DNA of 61,157 nt, filler included. It is 6 parts of 6 records of this genome, joined end to end, with 100 filler letters (N's around TTAATTAATTAA, not from the genome) between each part and the next. Parts side by side here need not be neighbours in the genome. Positions count along the whole stretch, not along the records: positions 1 to 10,957 come from SRR31156797_2919; 5 more parts are not named here. One strand, written 5' to 3'. Shown in pieces: positions 1 through 8,550 of this stretch (its first letter is position 1; each line of letters begins with the position of its first letter). Under the pieces are notes generated by a model, which saw nothing but the letters and a program-made list of their open reading frames with translations, was not told the origin of the DNA and made no database searches. The position numbers and the translations under genes are program-made.

Positions 1-294
1 GAAGAAAGCAATATGATCTTATCGCATAATCGTGCGAATTCCGTAAGAGATCATTTGATCCAAGCTTTCAATATTTCACCGGAACGGATCGAAACAGCAG
101 GATATGGTGAAGAATTCCCGGTCGCTGACAATAATACACGGGAAGGAAGAGCCCTGAATAGAAGGGTTGAAATTATTATGAACTCCAACTTTGTTCAGAA
201 AGGTGAAGAGTTGGAACCGGTCATTGAAGATGACCTGAAATTGAGAGTAGAGAATAAAAAGATTGAAATTTTAAATGAGGAATTGCCTCAATAG
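1..294 (+). CDS. OmpA-family peptidoglycan-binding protein, C-terminal part (5' truncated)
   Basis: Frame open from base 1; OmpA-C motifs LSHNRANSVRDHL, GYGEEFPVADN, GRALNRRVEI. Confidence 0.9.
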   Translation, partial: EESNMILSHNRANSVRDHLIQAFNISPERIETAGYGEEFPVADNNTREGRALNRRVEIIMNSNFVQKGEELEPVIEDDLKLRVENKKIEILNEELPQ

Positions 295-296
295 GA

Positions 297-3200
297 ATGA
301 TGTTGAATAGAGTCACACGTAAAATCTTCAGGATGCTCCTGATCATCAGTCTCTCGGTAAGCGCTGCGTTTGCCCAGATGTTGATCCTCAGTCCTGTAGA
401 AAATTCTGTGACAAATCTTCATCATATTGCGGTTTCGGTAATGGGTAAGCCATCCGCAGAGGCTAAACTGTTCATGAACAATGAATTGGTAAGCACCGGC
501 AAGATCAGAGCCGATGGAGTTTTTGATTTCCTCAATATTGAAGTTCCCGATGGACCCGTTTCACTGCGTGTGGAAGCAAAGGGAGCATTGAACAAATTAT
601 ATTCCGCCGAACGCAATATCCATATTTTGGGACCCGCTAAGAGCGTCCTGCCTTATGAAGATAAGATCGAAATTCCAGCGGGCGGCAAAGACAGTAAGTC
701 AGTTAAATTTGAGGTCCGTGACGAATGGGGCTATCGTCTGGATCACCTGAAAATAGCAACAGTTTATTTGGAAAATGGAATGATCCTCAATGATGATATC
801 GATAGCATTACTTCAGGTATCCAGATACCTGTAAGCGAAGGTATTGTAGAAGTTGAGGTCAAATCGGCAATTCGTGCCGGACGTGCAATACTACGAACTG
901 AGATCATGGGTGAAGCCTTTGATCAAACAATAAAGTATACAACACCGCAATTGCCATTTATTCTTGTGGGATCAGTCAGCGGTGCTGCAGGTAACTACCA
1001 GGACTTCGGAGACAGTGATGATACACCGGACGTTGAAGAATGGCGTCAGGATTCCGTCTCGGTATTTGGGTTGCCTGTCATGGGCGGAGGTCGCGCAGCA
1101 CTTTATGCAAAGGGAACGATCTTTAATAAATTTGGATTGACCGCATCCTATGATTCCAAACGGAATTATAAAGATGAGTTCTATCGTGATATCGATCCCA
1201 ATAGCCAATACGCGGTATATGGTGATGCAAGTAAATTAACCTATGATGCTCAATCGCAATCACCTCTCTTTGTAAAATTGGAACACAATGAATCCTCATT
1301 GATCTATGGTGATTTTAATACGGCGCTTACTAAGAGTGAATTCACAGCTTACAACAGAACATTCAATGGATTTGTCGCAGATATAAAAGATAAAAACCAT
1401 GCAGTCAGGGGATTTGCAACACTGACAGATCTTGAAATGAAACTGGATGAGATCCGCGGAGAAGGTATCTCGGGATATTATTATTTAAGTGAAAGCAATA
1501 TTACCGAACTATCTGACAAAGTGGTGATCATTACTCGAGATCGTTACCACTCCGAAGAGATCATCGATTATAAAGAAATGATCCGCTATCAAGATTATGA
1601 TATCGATTATGAAGATGGTACTCTTATGTTCAAACAACCCGTCGCAAGTGTTGATGAAGAGGGTAACCCCGTAACGATCAACATTGCTTATGAACACCAG
1701 AGTGGTAAACGAAACAGTTTTGTCGGTGGATTAAGATACGATGGAACCTTCTTTAATAAATTAAAGGTCGGTGCATTAGCTGTAATGGAAGAGCAGGATT
1801 CCAGTAACTATTTCCTTTATGGTGTCAATGCAAGCTTACCGATCAATAAATGGGTGGCGTTGAAAGGTGAATATGCCGGATCATCTACACCTCAGATCAC
1901 CGGAAATGCACTAAATGGACAGGCTTACAAAGTAGAGATGCAAGTCAAAGCATCTGATTTCTTCAATGCCAATGCATATTTCAGATCTGTCGATAGTTCA
2001 TTTGTCAATAACTCACAATCGGGTAGCAGTAAAGAGACCGGATCAACCAAGTATGGTGTTAAAGGTATAGCTGGAAATAAGATTACCGGACTGCTAAGTA
2101 CAGAATACTACATGCAGCGCAATAAAATGGGTACGGTAAATGAGAATACGGCTGAAGTTTTTAACATGACCTATAAACGTGATGTTACCGAAAAAGCTGA
2201 TTTTGTTTTGGCATACGAAAATGCAAAGCGAAATGATAATGCAGCTGCAGATTCAGTATATTCAAGAAAATCAAGTATCCTGAGAGCGAAATTCAATTAT
2301 CAGATCCTGAAAAAACTAACCGGATTTATCGAAAGAGATCAGAACCTGGTTGCAGGTGATCAATCCAAACCGACATATACGGGTATCGGTCTTAAATACT
2401 CCATCACCGAGAAGATCGGTGTTTTGGTAAAATACAAACGCATCGAAGGTGAAAACCCCGGTAATCAATTCGTATTTGGCCTTGATTCCAAGATTGGTGA
2501 TAATACAGATATTAGCGGTAAATATGAGATCGGTGGCGCTACAGGAAATAATCGTAACCGTGCAACGATAGGCTTAAAGAACAAGTGGGCGGTCACAGAT
2601 GACTTAACCTTGAATTTCGCTTATGAAAATGTATCAACATCTGATCATTTTGAAACGCCGACAACAGAGCATCAGGCTTTGTCGATAGCTTATGAATATC
2701 TGCCGGAACTGCCTATCAAGTCCAGTGGTAAATATGAATTCCATATTAAAGAAGAAACGATCCAGAACAATTTTATGTTGAATGTTGACCTTAAAGTATT
2801 GAATGGTTTGGCTATAGTTGCCAAAACTGTCAATTCACGTGTCGATTATAGAGCAAATGATGATGATTATACCGTTAAATCAAATACTCAATTAGGTCTT
2901 GCTTACAGGCCTGAAAGAAGTGATGAATATAATGCGTTGCTAAAGGCAGCATATGTTGTTGATAAGAATACACATGTTCAAAGCCCGATCAATGATAAAC
3001 GCTTTATCTTGTCTACACATCATTACTGGCAGCCGCTGGATAAACTTGAGATCGGTTTCCGTTATGCCTTCCGTGTGGTTACGGATGAAGAGATCGGCTT
3101 GTTCAAAGATCGCAGTTCTACGAACTTCTTCGCCATGAGGCTTGAATATGATCTTAGCTTGAAATGGTATGCTGCCAATGACCTGAGATTCATACATCTG

Positions 3201-3395
3201 ATGCCGGTAAATGAAACACAGGTCAGCTCTGCTATTGAAGTCGGTTATCTGGTGACAAATAATCTGCAAGTAGGTGTGGGTTATGCTTTCAACAGTTTTG
3301 AAGATCCTGATTTCTCCACAGAAAATTACACCCTGCGTAATTTCTTCCTGACCATGCACATGAAGTTCAGTGAGAATATTTTTAATTGGAAATAA
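297..3395 (+). CDS. Large exported outer-membrane beta-barrel protein of unknown function
   Basis: Signal peptide (..VSAAFA|Q), Ig-like N-terminus, long amphipathic beta-strand pattern, aromatic C-terminus; starts 2 nt after the ompA stop. Confidence 0.7.
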   Translation: MMLNRVTRKIFRMLLIISLSVSAAFAQMLILSPVENSVTNLHHIAVSVMGKPSAEAKLFMNNELVSTGKIRADGVFDFLNIEVPDGPVSLRVEAKGALNKLYSAERNIHILGPAKSVLPYEDKIEIPAGGKDSKSVKFEVRDEWGYRLDHLKIATVYLENGMILNDDIDSITSGIQIPVSEGIVEVEVKSAIRAGRAILRTEIMGEAFDQTIKYTTPQLPFILVGSVSGAAGNYQDFGDSDDTPDVEEWRQDSVSVFGLPVMGGGRAALYAKGTIFNKFGLTASYDSKRNYKDEFYRDIDPNSQYAVYGDASKLTYDAQSQSPLFVKLEHNESSLIYGDFNTALTKSEFTAYNRTFNGFVADIKDKNHAVRGFATLTDLEMKLDEIRGEGISGYYYLSESNITELSDKVVIITRDRYHSEEIIDYKEMIRYQDYDIDYEDGTLMFKQPVASVDEEGNPVTINIAYEHQSGKRNSFVGGLRYDGTFFNKLKVGALAVMEEQDSSNYFLYGVNASLPINKWVALKGEYAGSSTPQITGNALNGQAYKVEMQVKASDFFNANAYFRSVDSSFVNNSQSGSSKETGSTKYGVKGIAGNKITGLLSTEYYMQRNKMGTVNENTAEVFNMTYKRDVTEKADFVLAYENAKRNDNAAADSVYSRKSSILRAKFNYQILKKLTGFIERDQNLVAGDQSKPTYTGIGLKYSITEKIGVLVKYKRIEGENPGNQFVFGLDSKIGDNTDISGKYEIGGATGNNRNRATIGLKNKWAVTDDLTLNFAYENVSTSDHFETPTTEHQALSIAYEYLPELPIKSSGKYEFHIKEETIQNNFMLNVDLKVLNGLAIVAKTVNSRVDYRANDDDYTVKSNTQLGLAYRPERSDEYNALLKAAYVVDKNTHVQSPINDKRFILSTHHYWQPLDKLEIGFRYAFRVVTDEEIGLFKDRSSTNFFAMRLEYDLSLKWYAANDLRFIHLMPVNETQVSSAIEVGYLVTNNLQVGVGYAFNSFEDPDFSTENYTLRNFFLTMHMKFSENIFNWK

Positions 3396-3424
3396 AAAAC
3401 GGAATCAAAAGACACCGTTTTTTT
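3394..3424. terminator. Bidirectional intrinsic terminator candidate
   Basis: AAAAAACGG...CCGTTTTTT inverted repeat at the stop of the barrel gene. Confidence 0.55.
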
Positions 3425-3475
3425 AGGAAAATTAACAGAAGTGTTTGTTCTAATAATTTTTCAAGATATGGATGT

Positions 3476-3556
3476 TCAACCTGCCAAAGCAAAGCTGGCA
3501 TAAAGCATAACAAGATATGCGACTGCGATCACGATAAATACTTTACCCAATTTCAT
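3476..3556 (-). CDS. 26-aa hydrophobic small protein (MKLGKVFIVIAVAYLVMLYASFALAG)
   Basis: Translated by hand; AAAGGAAAG RBS upstream; below the ORF-track cutoff. Confidence 0.4.
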   Translation of the reverse strand: MKLGKVFIVIAVAYLVMLYASFALAG

Positions 3557-3858
3557 TGTTACTTTCCTTTTTGTTTGATCCCCAACAAATGAGATTATTC
3601 ATCTTTATCTCATGAGCAACTTAATTAAATTATGATGTCTTTGCAATAGGGTGCGCTTATAATTGATTGAATATAAACCATATAGCTTAATATTAGGCTA
3701 AATAGCCCCATTTTTATGAGTTATTTGTTCTTTCGTTTACGGAATATTAAATATTAAAGCTAAGAACTGGGATTTTCTAATAATCACACAAGTTTTTTAA
3801 GCTATGATTAAGAGAGTTTTTAGTAATACTCAAATTGAGTGATTTTTGTTATAAATCT

Positions 3859-5913
3859 CTATTTTACGATAAGCATTTTTTTAATATCAATAAAATCACC
3901 TGCGTTCAAACAATACAAATATACCCCGGAAGCAACTTTTCCGGCATTCCACTTGACCTCATGATTTCCGGCGCTGACTGATCTATTGATCAATGTTTCG
4001 ATCTTTCTTCCGCTCATATCAAATATTGTTAACTCAACATGATGATCTTCCGGCAAGTGAAAACCAATAGTGGTCACCGGATTGAAAGGATTGGGGTAAT
4101 TTTGTTCCAATGAATATAGCTTTGGTTGTGAAATTGGATCTATATCGACGTTTCCACCACCAAGTCCATGACTCCAGTTGAAGTAGGGATATCCGCCATT
4201 ATGTATTCCGTTAGGATCCATTTTCCAGATATCGTCCGTACCATTCACTGTTTCATAGGCAAAATCCCAGCCTGCATTCGTAAAAGTAGATAATGTTTTC
4301 ATTTCTGCTGTTGTTTTACCCGTACTACCGGCGGATGAATCGATCCCGGATGATTCAATATCCCAAAAACAATGTTGTGCAGATGAGTGATTGTATCCGA
4401 TCAATCCACCGACGGTTGAATCACCTGAAACTGCTCCAAAACTGTAACAATTATCAATTGGGGTAAAATTATTCTGTCCAATCAGTCCGCCTATGTTATA
4501 GTGGCCATGGACATTTACCTCGCTATAACAATTTCTTAAGGTACCGCCGTTAATACCTGCCAAACCTCCAACACATCCTCCGGTTGTGTTCGGAAAACTT
4601 CCTACCGGGATGCTGGTTATTATACCGCTTGAATAACAGTTCTCTATAGTGGATTCCATGTTGATCCCCGCAAGAGCACCGGCATTGGCAAAAGTTGTAA
4701 TATCTACGTTTGTTACAGCAAGATCTTTTACGATAGCACCTGAACCCAGGATATCAAAAAAACCGGCTGAATATGTTCTGGGAAAAGAATCCCAATCCCA
4801 ATTGATATACAAACTGTCAATACTATGTCCATTTCCATCATAAGAGCCTGTGAACATGGTAAAGGGTAACCAGCCAATACCATTGAACCAATCCTTTGCT
4901 TCAGACATATTGATGTTAGCGATTTGCTTATAATGAGCGTTTAACCTGCCGTCATCTTCCCTCATCCAGATAAAATTCTCAAATCTATCAATTTGGTAGG
5001 GATCCATTTCAGTTCCATTCCCTTCAGGCTTTGGATTTTCCCACTGAAGGTAAGGATATTTGTTAAAAAAGTGCATACCCCATATTGTATTGAAGTCCCA
5101 ATCAAAATAAGTTGATCGTTGTTGCATTTCAAAGGTAGTTTTTCCCGTACCTGCTGCAGAAACGGTCAAACCGCTGGTTTCTATATTCCAGAAGCAATTA
5201 TGGGTTTCAGTTTCATAGGTATATCCAACAAATCCGCCGGCACTCTCAATATCAGTGTTGACTTTTCCAATATTATAACAATTTACAATAGTAGACCAGT
5301 ATGCAATTCGTCCCCCAAATCCGCCAATATAGCTATTGACATTTCCGATCTGATTAACGGATGCTTTATTATAACAATTATAAATTACTGAATATGCGGC
5401 GTCGCTTATCAATCCACCCAACATATAACTTCCGGTCACCGATCCTTCGCTGAAGCAATTTGCTATGAAAGATTGATACGCTGAACACACCAGACAGCCA
5501 GCATTGCCTGTACTGATGACTTGAGCATTTTTAATTCCCACATTAGTAATAGTTGCTCCATAAGCATAGCCAAATAAACCGGCATTGGAGCCAATATCAA
5601 TAAACAAATTGTCAATGATATGTCCTTGTCCGTTATAAGATCCGGTAAATGAGTTATAATCGTAATGTCCGATCGGTGAAAAATTAAAATCGGGAAATTG
5701 TGAACGAATATCATTGATATCAATGTCAGCTGTCTGTATAAAGTGAAGAGACCAAACACTGTCTGTCCTTGCCAGCCAATTCAAATTATCGGCTGTTTCG
5801 ATTTGAAACGGATCGCTTATACTTCCATCTCCCAAAGAAGGTGGAACAGGTGTCTGTGAAAATAAAATTCCAACACAAAATATTAATATGAAGGGTACTC
5901 TTGCTTTTTTCAT
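3859..5913 (-). CDS. Secreted GLUG-motif protein with T9SS type-A-like C-terminal sorting domain
   Basis: Two internal copies of G.G...DP.QI / FTGSY.G.GH.ID.L / FW.IE.SG...SA...GKTT.EM; GGLxG repeats; CTD NYPNPFNP...ASGVYLY...KKMLIVK. Confidence 0.85.
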   Translation of the reverse strand: MKKARVPFILIFCVGILFSQTPVPPSLGDGSISDPFQIETADNLNWLARTDSVWSLHFIQTADIDINDIRSQFPDFNFSPIGHYDYNSFTGSYNGQGHIIDNLFIDIGSNAGLFGYAYGATITNVGIKNAQVISTGNAGCLVCSAYQSFIANCFSEGSVTGSYMLGGLISDAAYSVIYNCYNKASVNQIGNVNSYIGGFGGRIAYWSTIVNCYNIGKVNTDIESAGGFVGYTYETETHNCFWNIETSGLTVSAAGTGKTTFEMQQRSTYFDWDFNTIWGMHFFNKYPYLQWENPKPEGNGTEMDPYQIDRFENFIWMREDDGRLNAHYKQIANINMSEAKDWFNGIGWLPFTMFTGSYDGNGHSIDSLYINWDWDSFPRTYSAGFFDILGSGAIVKDLAVTNVDITTFANAGALAGINMESTIENCYSSGIITSIPVGSFPNTTGGCVGGLAGINGGTLRNCYSEVNVHGHYNIGGLIGQNNFTPIDNCYSFGAVSGDSTVGGLIGYNHSSAQHCFWDIESSGIDSSAGSTGKTTAEMKTLSTFTNAGWDFAYETVNGTDDIWKMDPNGIHNGGYPYFNWSHGLGGGNVDIDPISQPKLYSLEQNYPNPFNPVTTIGFHLPEDHHVELTIFDMSGRKIETLINRSVSAGNHEVKWNAGKVASGVYLYCLNAGDFIDIKKMLIVK

Positions 5914-6084
5914 CCTAAGGTCTCCATAAATTTCCGAATATTTAGTTGTATCTTTTCAATCTAATGCATTATTTGAATGATATCAATAATAAATAATTTA
6001 TATAATGCTTATAATCTGCATGTTATAAACAAAGAAAACTTTGATCAAATATCCTTGTGCTTTACTTGTTCTATTGATCAAGCC

Positions 6085-6125
6085 TTGAAAAACACTTTGT
6101 TTTTCAAATAAAATATGAGTATTAT
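6085..6125 (+). promoter_or_regulatory. Sigma70-like promoter with an overlapping palindromic operator
   Basis: TTGTTT(6097-6102)-N17-TATTAT(6120-6125); perfect 10-bp inverted repeat TTGAAAAACA-N3-TGTTTTTCAA (6085-6107). Confidence 0.5.
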
Positions 6126-6323
6126 TTTATCTGTTGGATGCTCTCCGGCAGGGGAAGAACAAAACACACAGGACGGTTATTTAAATTGGGGGCTTCAGGT
6201 GAGACCATATTGCTCGCCTGCAAGCAAAGATAAAACAGGTAATACCGTAATCATATACCGTCTGTTGTGCATATCAATCACACGTTATATACGTGAAATG
6301 AATAAAAAAACGAGCGAGGAAAC

Positions 6324-7580
6324 ATGTTAAAGGATTTCACTAAGATCGCAGGCCAGAAACTACGGGCAACCCGTAAGCAAATGTTTGGCAAACATCCTGA
6401 TGTTTATACCAAAATGTATCAATTCGTCCGTACGGACGCTGCTCGGGCAATGGGCTATTATCCTTATTACCCTAAGATCGAGAATTCAGATGCAACCGAG
6501 GTGACCATTGATGGTAAACAGAAGATCATGCTGGGTTCAAATAATTACCTTGGTCTTACGAATCATCCAAAGGTTATTGAAGCCGGTATCGAGGCCTTGA
6601 AAAAGTACGGTTCGGGTTTAACCGGATCACGTCTTTTAAATGGTAATATCATTCTTCATGATGAACTGGAAGAAGAGCTGGCTGATTTTGTCGGAATGGA
6701 ATCCGCTCTTGTATTCTCAACGGGAATGGGTGTAAATGTTGGCACGATCATTTCCGTCTGCGGTCCTGATGATATGGTTTACAGTGATGAATACAATCAT
6801 GCTTCCATTGTAGATGGCATTCGTTTTTCACGCGCACAAAAATCCATCTATAAGCATAATGATATGGCGGATCTTGAAGAAAAACTAAAAAATGCAGATC
6901 CTAAGACACCACGTTTTATTGTGACCGACGGTATCTTCTCTATGGAAGGTGATACCTGCAAAATGAAAGAGATCGTTGAATTGTCGAAAAAGTATCCTTC
7001 AAGACTGATGGTCGATGATGCTCACTCATTGGGTGTTTTAGGTCCAAACGGCAATGGTACGGCCGCTCATTTCGGTGTAAGTAAAGACGTTGACTTGATC
7101 ATGGGGACTTTCTCAAAATCTTTGGGTTGTGTTGGTGGATTTATCGCGGGTGAAGCAAAGGTTATTGAATATATCAAGCATCATTCACGTTCGATCATTT
7201 TTACTGCATCTCTGCCGCCGTCTAATGCAGCTTCTGTCAAGGCCGCTCTCGGTGTTATTAAAAGTGAACCTGAAAGACGTGAAAAACTCTGGGAAAACAC
7301 TGAGTTCATGCGTAAAGGTTTCCAGTCTATGGGTTATGATACAGGCGAAAGCAACACACCGGTCATTCCCGTACTTATTGGCAAAGACAATAAGACCTTC
7401 CAGGTATGGAAAGCGTTGATGGAAGCGGGTGTATATACTAATCCCGTCGTTTCTCCTGCAACACCTCCGGGACGTGGATTACTGAGAACTTCATACATGG
7501 CAACACATACACGCGAACAGCTTGAATTTTGCCTGGATATGTTTGAAAAAGTCGGGAAAAAAGCTAAAGTAATCAAATAA
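6324..7580 (+). CDS. spt: PLP-dependent alpha-oxoamine synthase, most like bacterial serine palmitoyltransferase
   Basis: GYYPYY...TEVTIDGK...GSNNYLGLTNHP N-terminus as in Bacteroidota SPT; NHASIVDG, DDAH, GTFSKS (PLP lysine). BioF/Kbl not fully excluded. Confidence 0.7.
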   Translation: MLKDFTKIAGQKLRATRKQMFGKHPDVYTKMYQFVRTDAARAMGYYPYYPKIENSDATEVTIDGKQKIMLGSNNYLGLTNHPKVIEAGIEALKKYGSGLTGSRLLNGNIILHDELEEELADFVGMESALVFSTGMGVNVGTIISVCGPDDMVYSDEYNHASIVDGIRFSRAQKSIYKHNDMADLEEKLKNADPKTPRFIVTDGIFSMEGDTCKMKEIVELSKKYPSRLMVDDAHSLGVLGPNGNGTAAHFGVSKDVDLIMGTFSKSLGCVGGFIAGEAKVIEYIKHHSRSIIFTASLPPSNAASVKAALGVIKSEPERREKLWENTEFMRKGFQSMGYDTGESNTPVIPVLIGKDNKTFQVWKALMEAGVYTNPVVSPATPPGRGLLRTSYMATHTREQLEFCLDMFEKVGKKAKVIK

Positions 7581-7600
7581 GACCATTTTTTATAATTTGA

Positions 7601-7628
7601 GTAGGGAACGGTCGAGACCGTTCCTTGC
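7601..7628 (+). repeat. GTAG-type REP-like palindrome
   Basis: GTAG-GGAACGGTC-GA-GACCGTTCC. Confidence 0.6.
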
Positions 7629-7645
7629 CGTTTAAAGGAAAAAAT

Positions 7646-8452
7646 ATGAGTAAAGTTCAACCTGAAAATACTGTCGTTTTTATTACCGGAGCATCATCCG
7701 GATTAGGACAAAGTACAGCCGAGTATCTTTCATCTTTAGGTTATAAAGTCTATGGGACATCCCGTAAAGAAAGCAAAGATAATAAAAGCTACACGATGCT
7801 CAAAATGGATGTATGTAGCGAAGACTCAGTAAAAGCAGCCATTGAAGAGATCATGTCTAAAGAAAATAAGATCGACGTTTTATTGAATAATGCCGGTTAC
7901 GGTATCGGTGGGGCAATTGAAGATTCCACACCTAAAATGGCAGAAGAACAAGTCGATACAAACTTTTTTGGATTGTACCGTGTGCAGCATTATGTTCTGA
8001 AACAAATGAAAGCGCAAGGAAGCGGACTTATCATTAATATGAGCTCTATAGGCGGTGTGATCGGCTTACCCTATCAAGGACTCTACTCAGCCTCTAAATT
8101 TGCCGTAGAAGGCATGACAGAGGCCTTATTTAAAGAAATGAAGAGCAGAAACATCAAGGTTTGCATGATCGAACCCGGAGATTTTAAGACCGGCTTCACG
8201 GCGAGCCGCGAAAACGTCAAAGGCAGTGATGACAAGCTTGAAAAAGCACGTGAAGTCATTGAACATGATGAACAAGGTGGTAAATCACCTATCATGGTGG
8301 CTAAGTTGGTCGAACGGATTATTAAAAAACGGAATCCCAAGCTTCGATATGTTACAGGTGCTTTTTATCAGAAGATCACCATTTTCCTGAAAAAAGTTCT
8401 TCCAAACAGATGGTTTGATGCCATCATCGCCGGATATTATAAAGTCAAATAG
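7646..8452 (+). CDS. Classical SDR oxidoreductase; candidate 3-ketodihydrosphingosine reductase
   Basis: TGASSGLG, NNAG, YSASK motifs; AAGGA RBS before ATG 7646; directly downstream of the spt-like gene. Confidence 0.8.
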   Translation: MSKVQPENTVVFITGASSGLGQSTAEYLSSLGYKVYGTSRKESKDNKSYTMLKMDVCSEDSVKAAIEEIMSKENKIDVLLNNAGYGIGGAIEDSTPKMAEEQVDTNFFGLYRVQHYVLKQMKAQGSGLIINMSSIGGVIGLPYQGLYSASKFAVEGMTEALFKEMKSRNIKVCMIEPGDFKTGFTASRENVKGSDDKLEKAREVIEHDEQGGKSPIMVAKLVERIIKKRNPKLRYVTGAFYQKITIFLKKVLPNRWFDAIIAGYYKVK

Positions 8453-8550
8453 CCAAGAGACAAACTCCAAGATACAAGTTCCTGATTTAAGAGCATTTGA
8501 ACAATCGAACAGCCGAGTAATCGAATGATCGAGTAATCAAAATTCAACTT

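Noticed and set aside
6115-6330. 71-aa ORF upstream of the spt-like gene
   Set aside because: It starts inside the predicted promoter with no RBS; better explained as an untranslated leader
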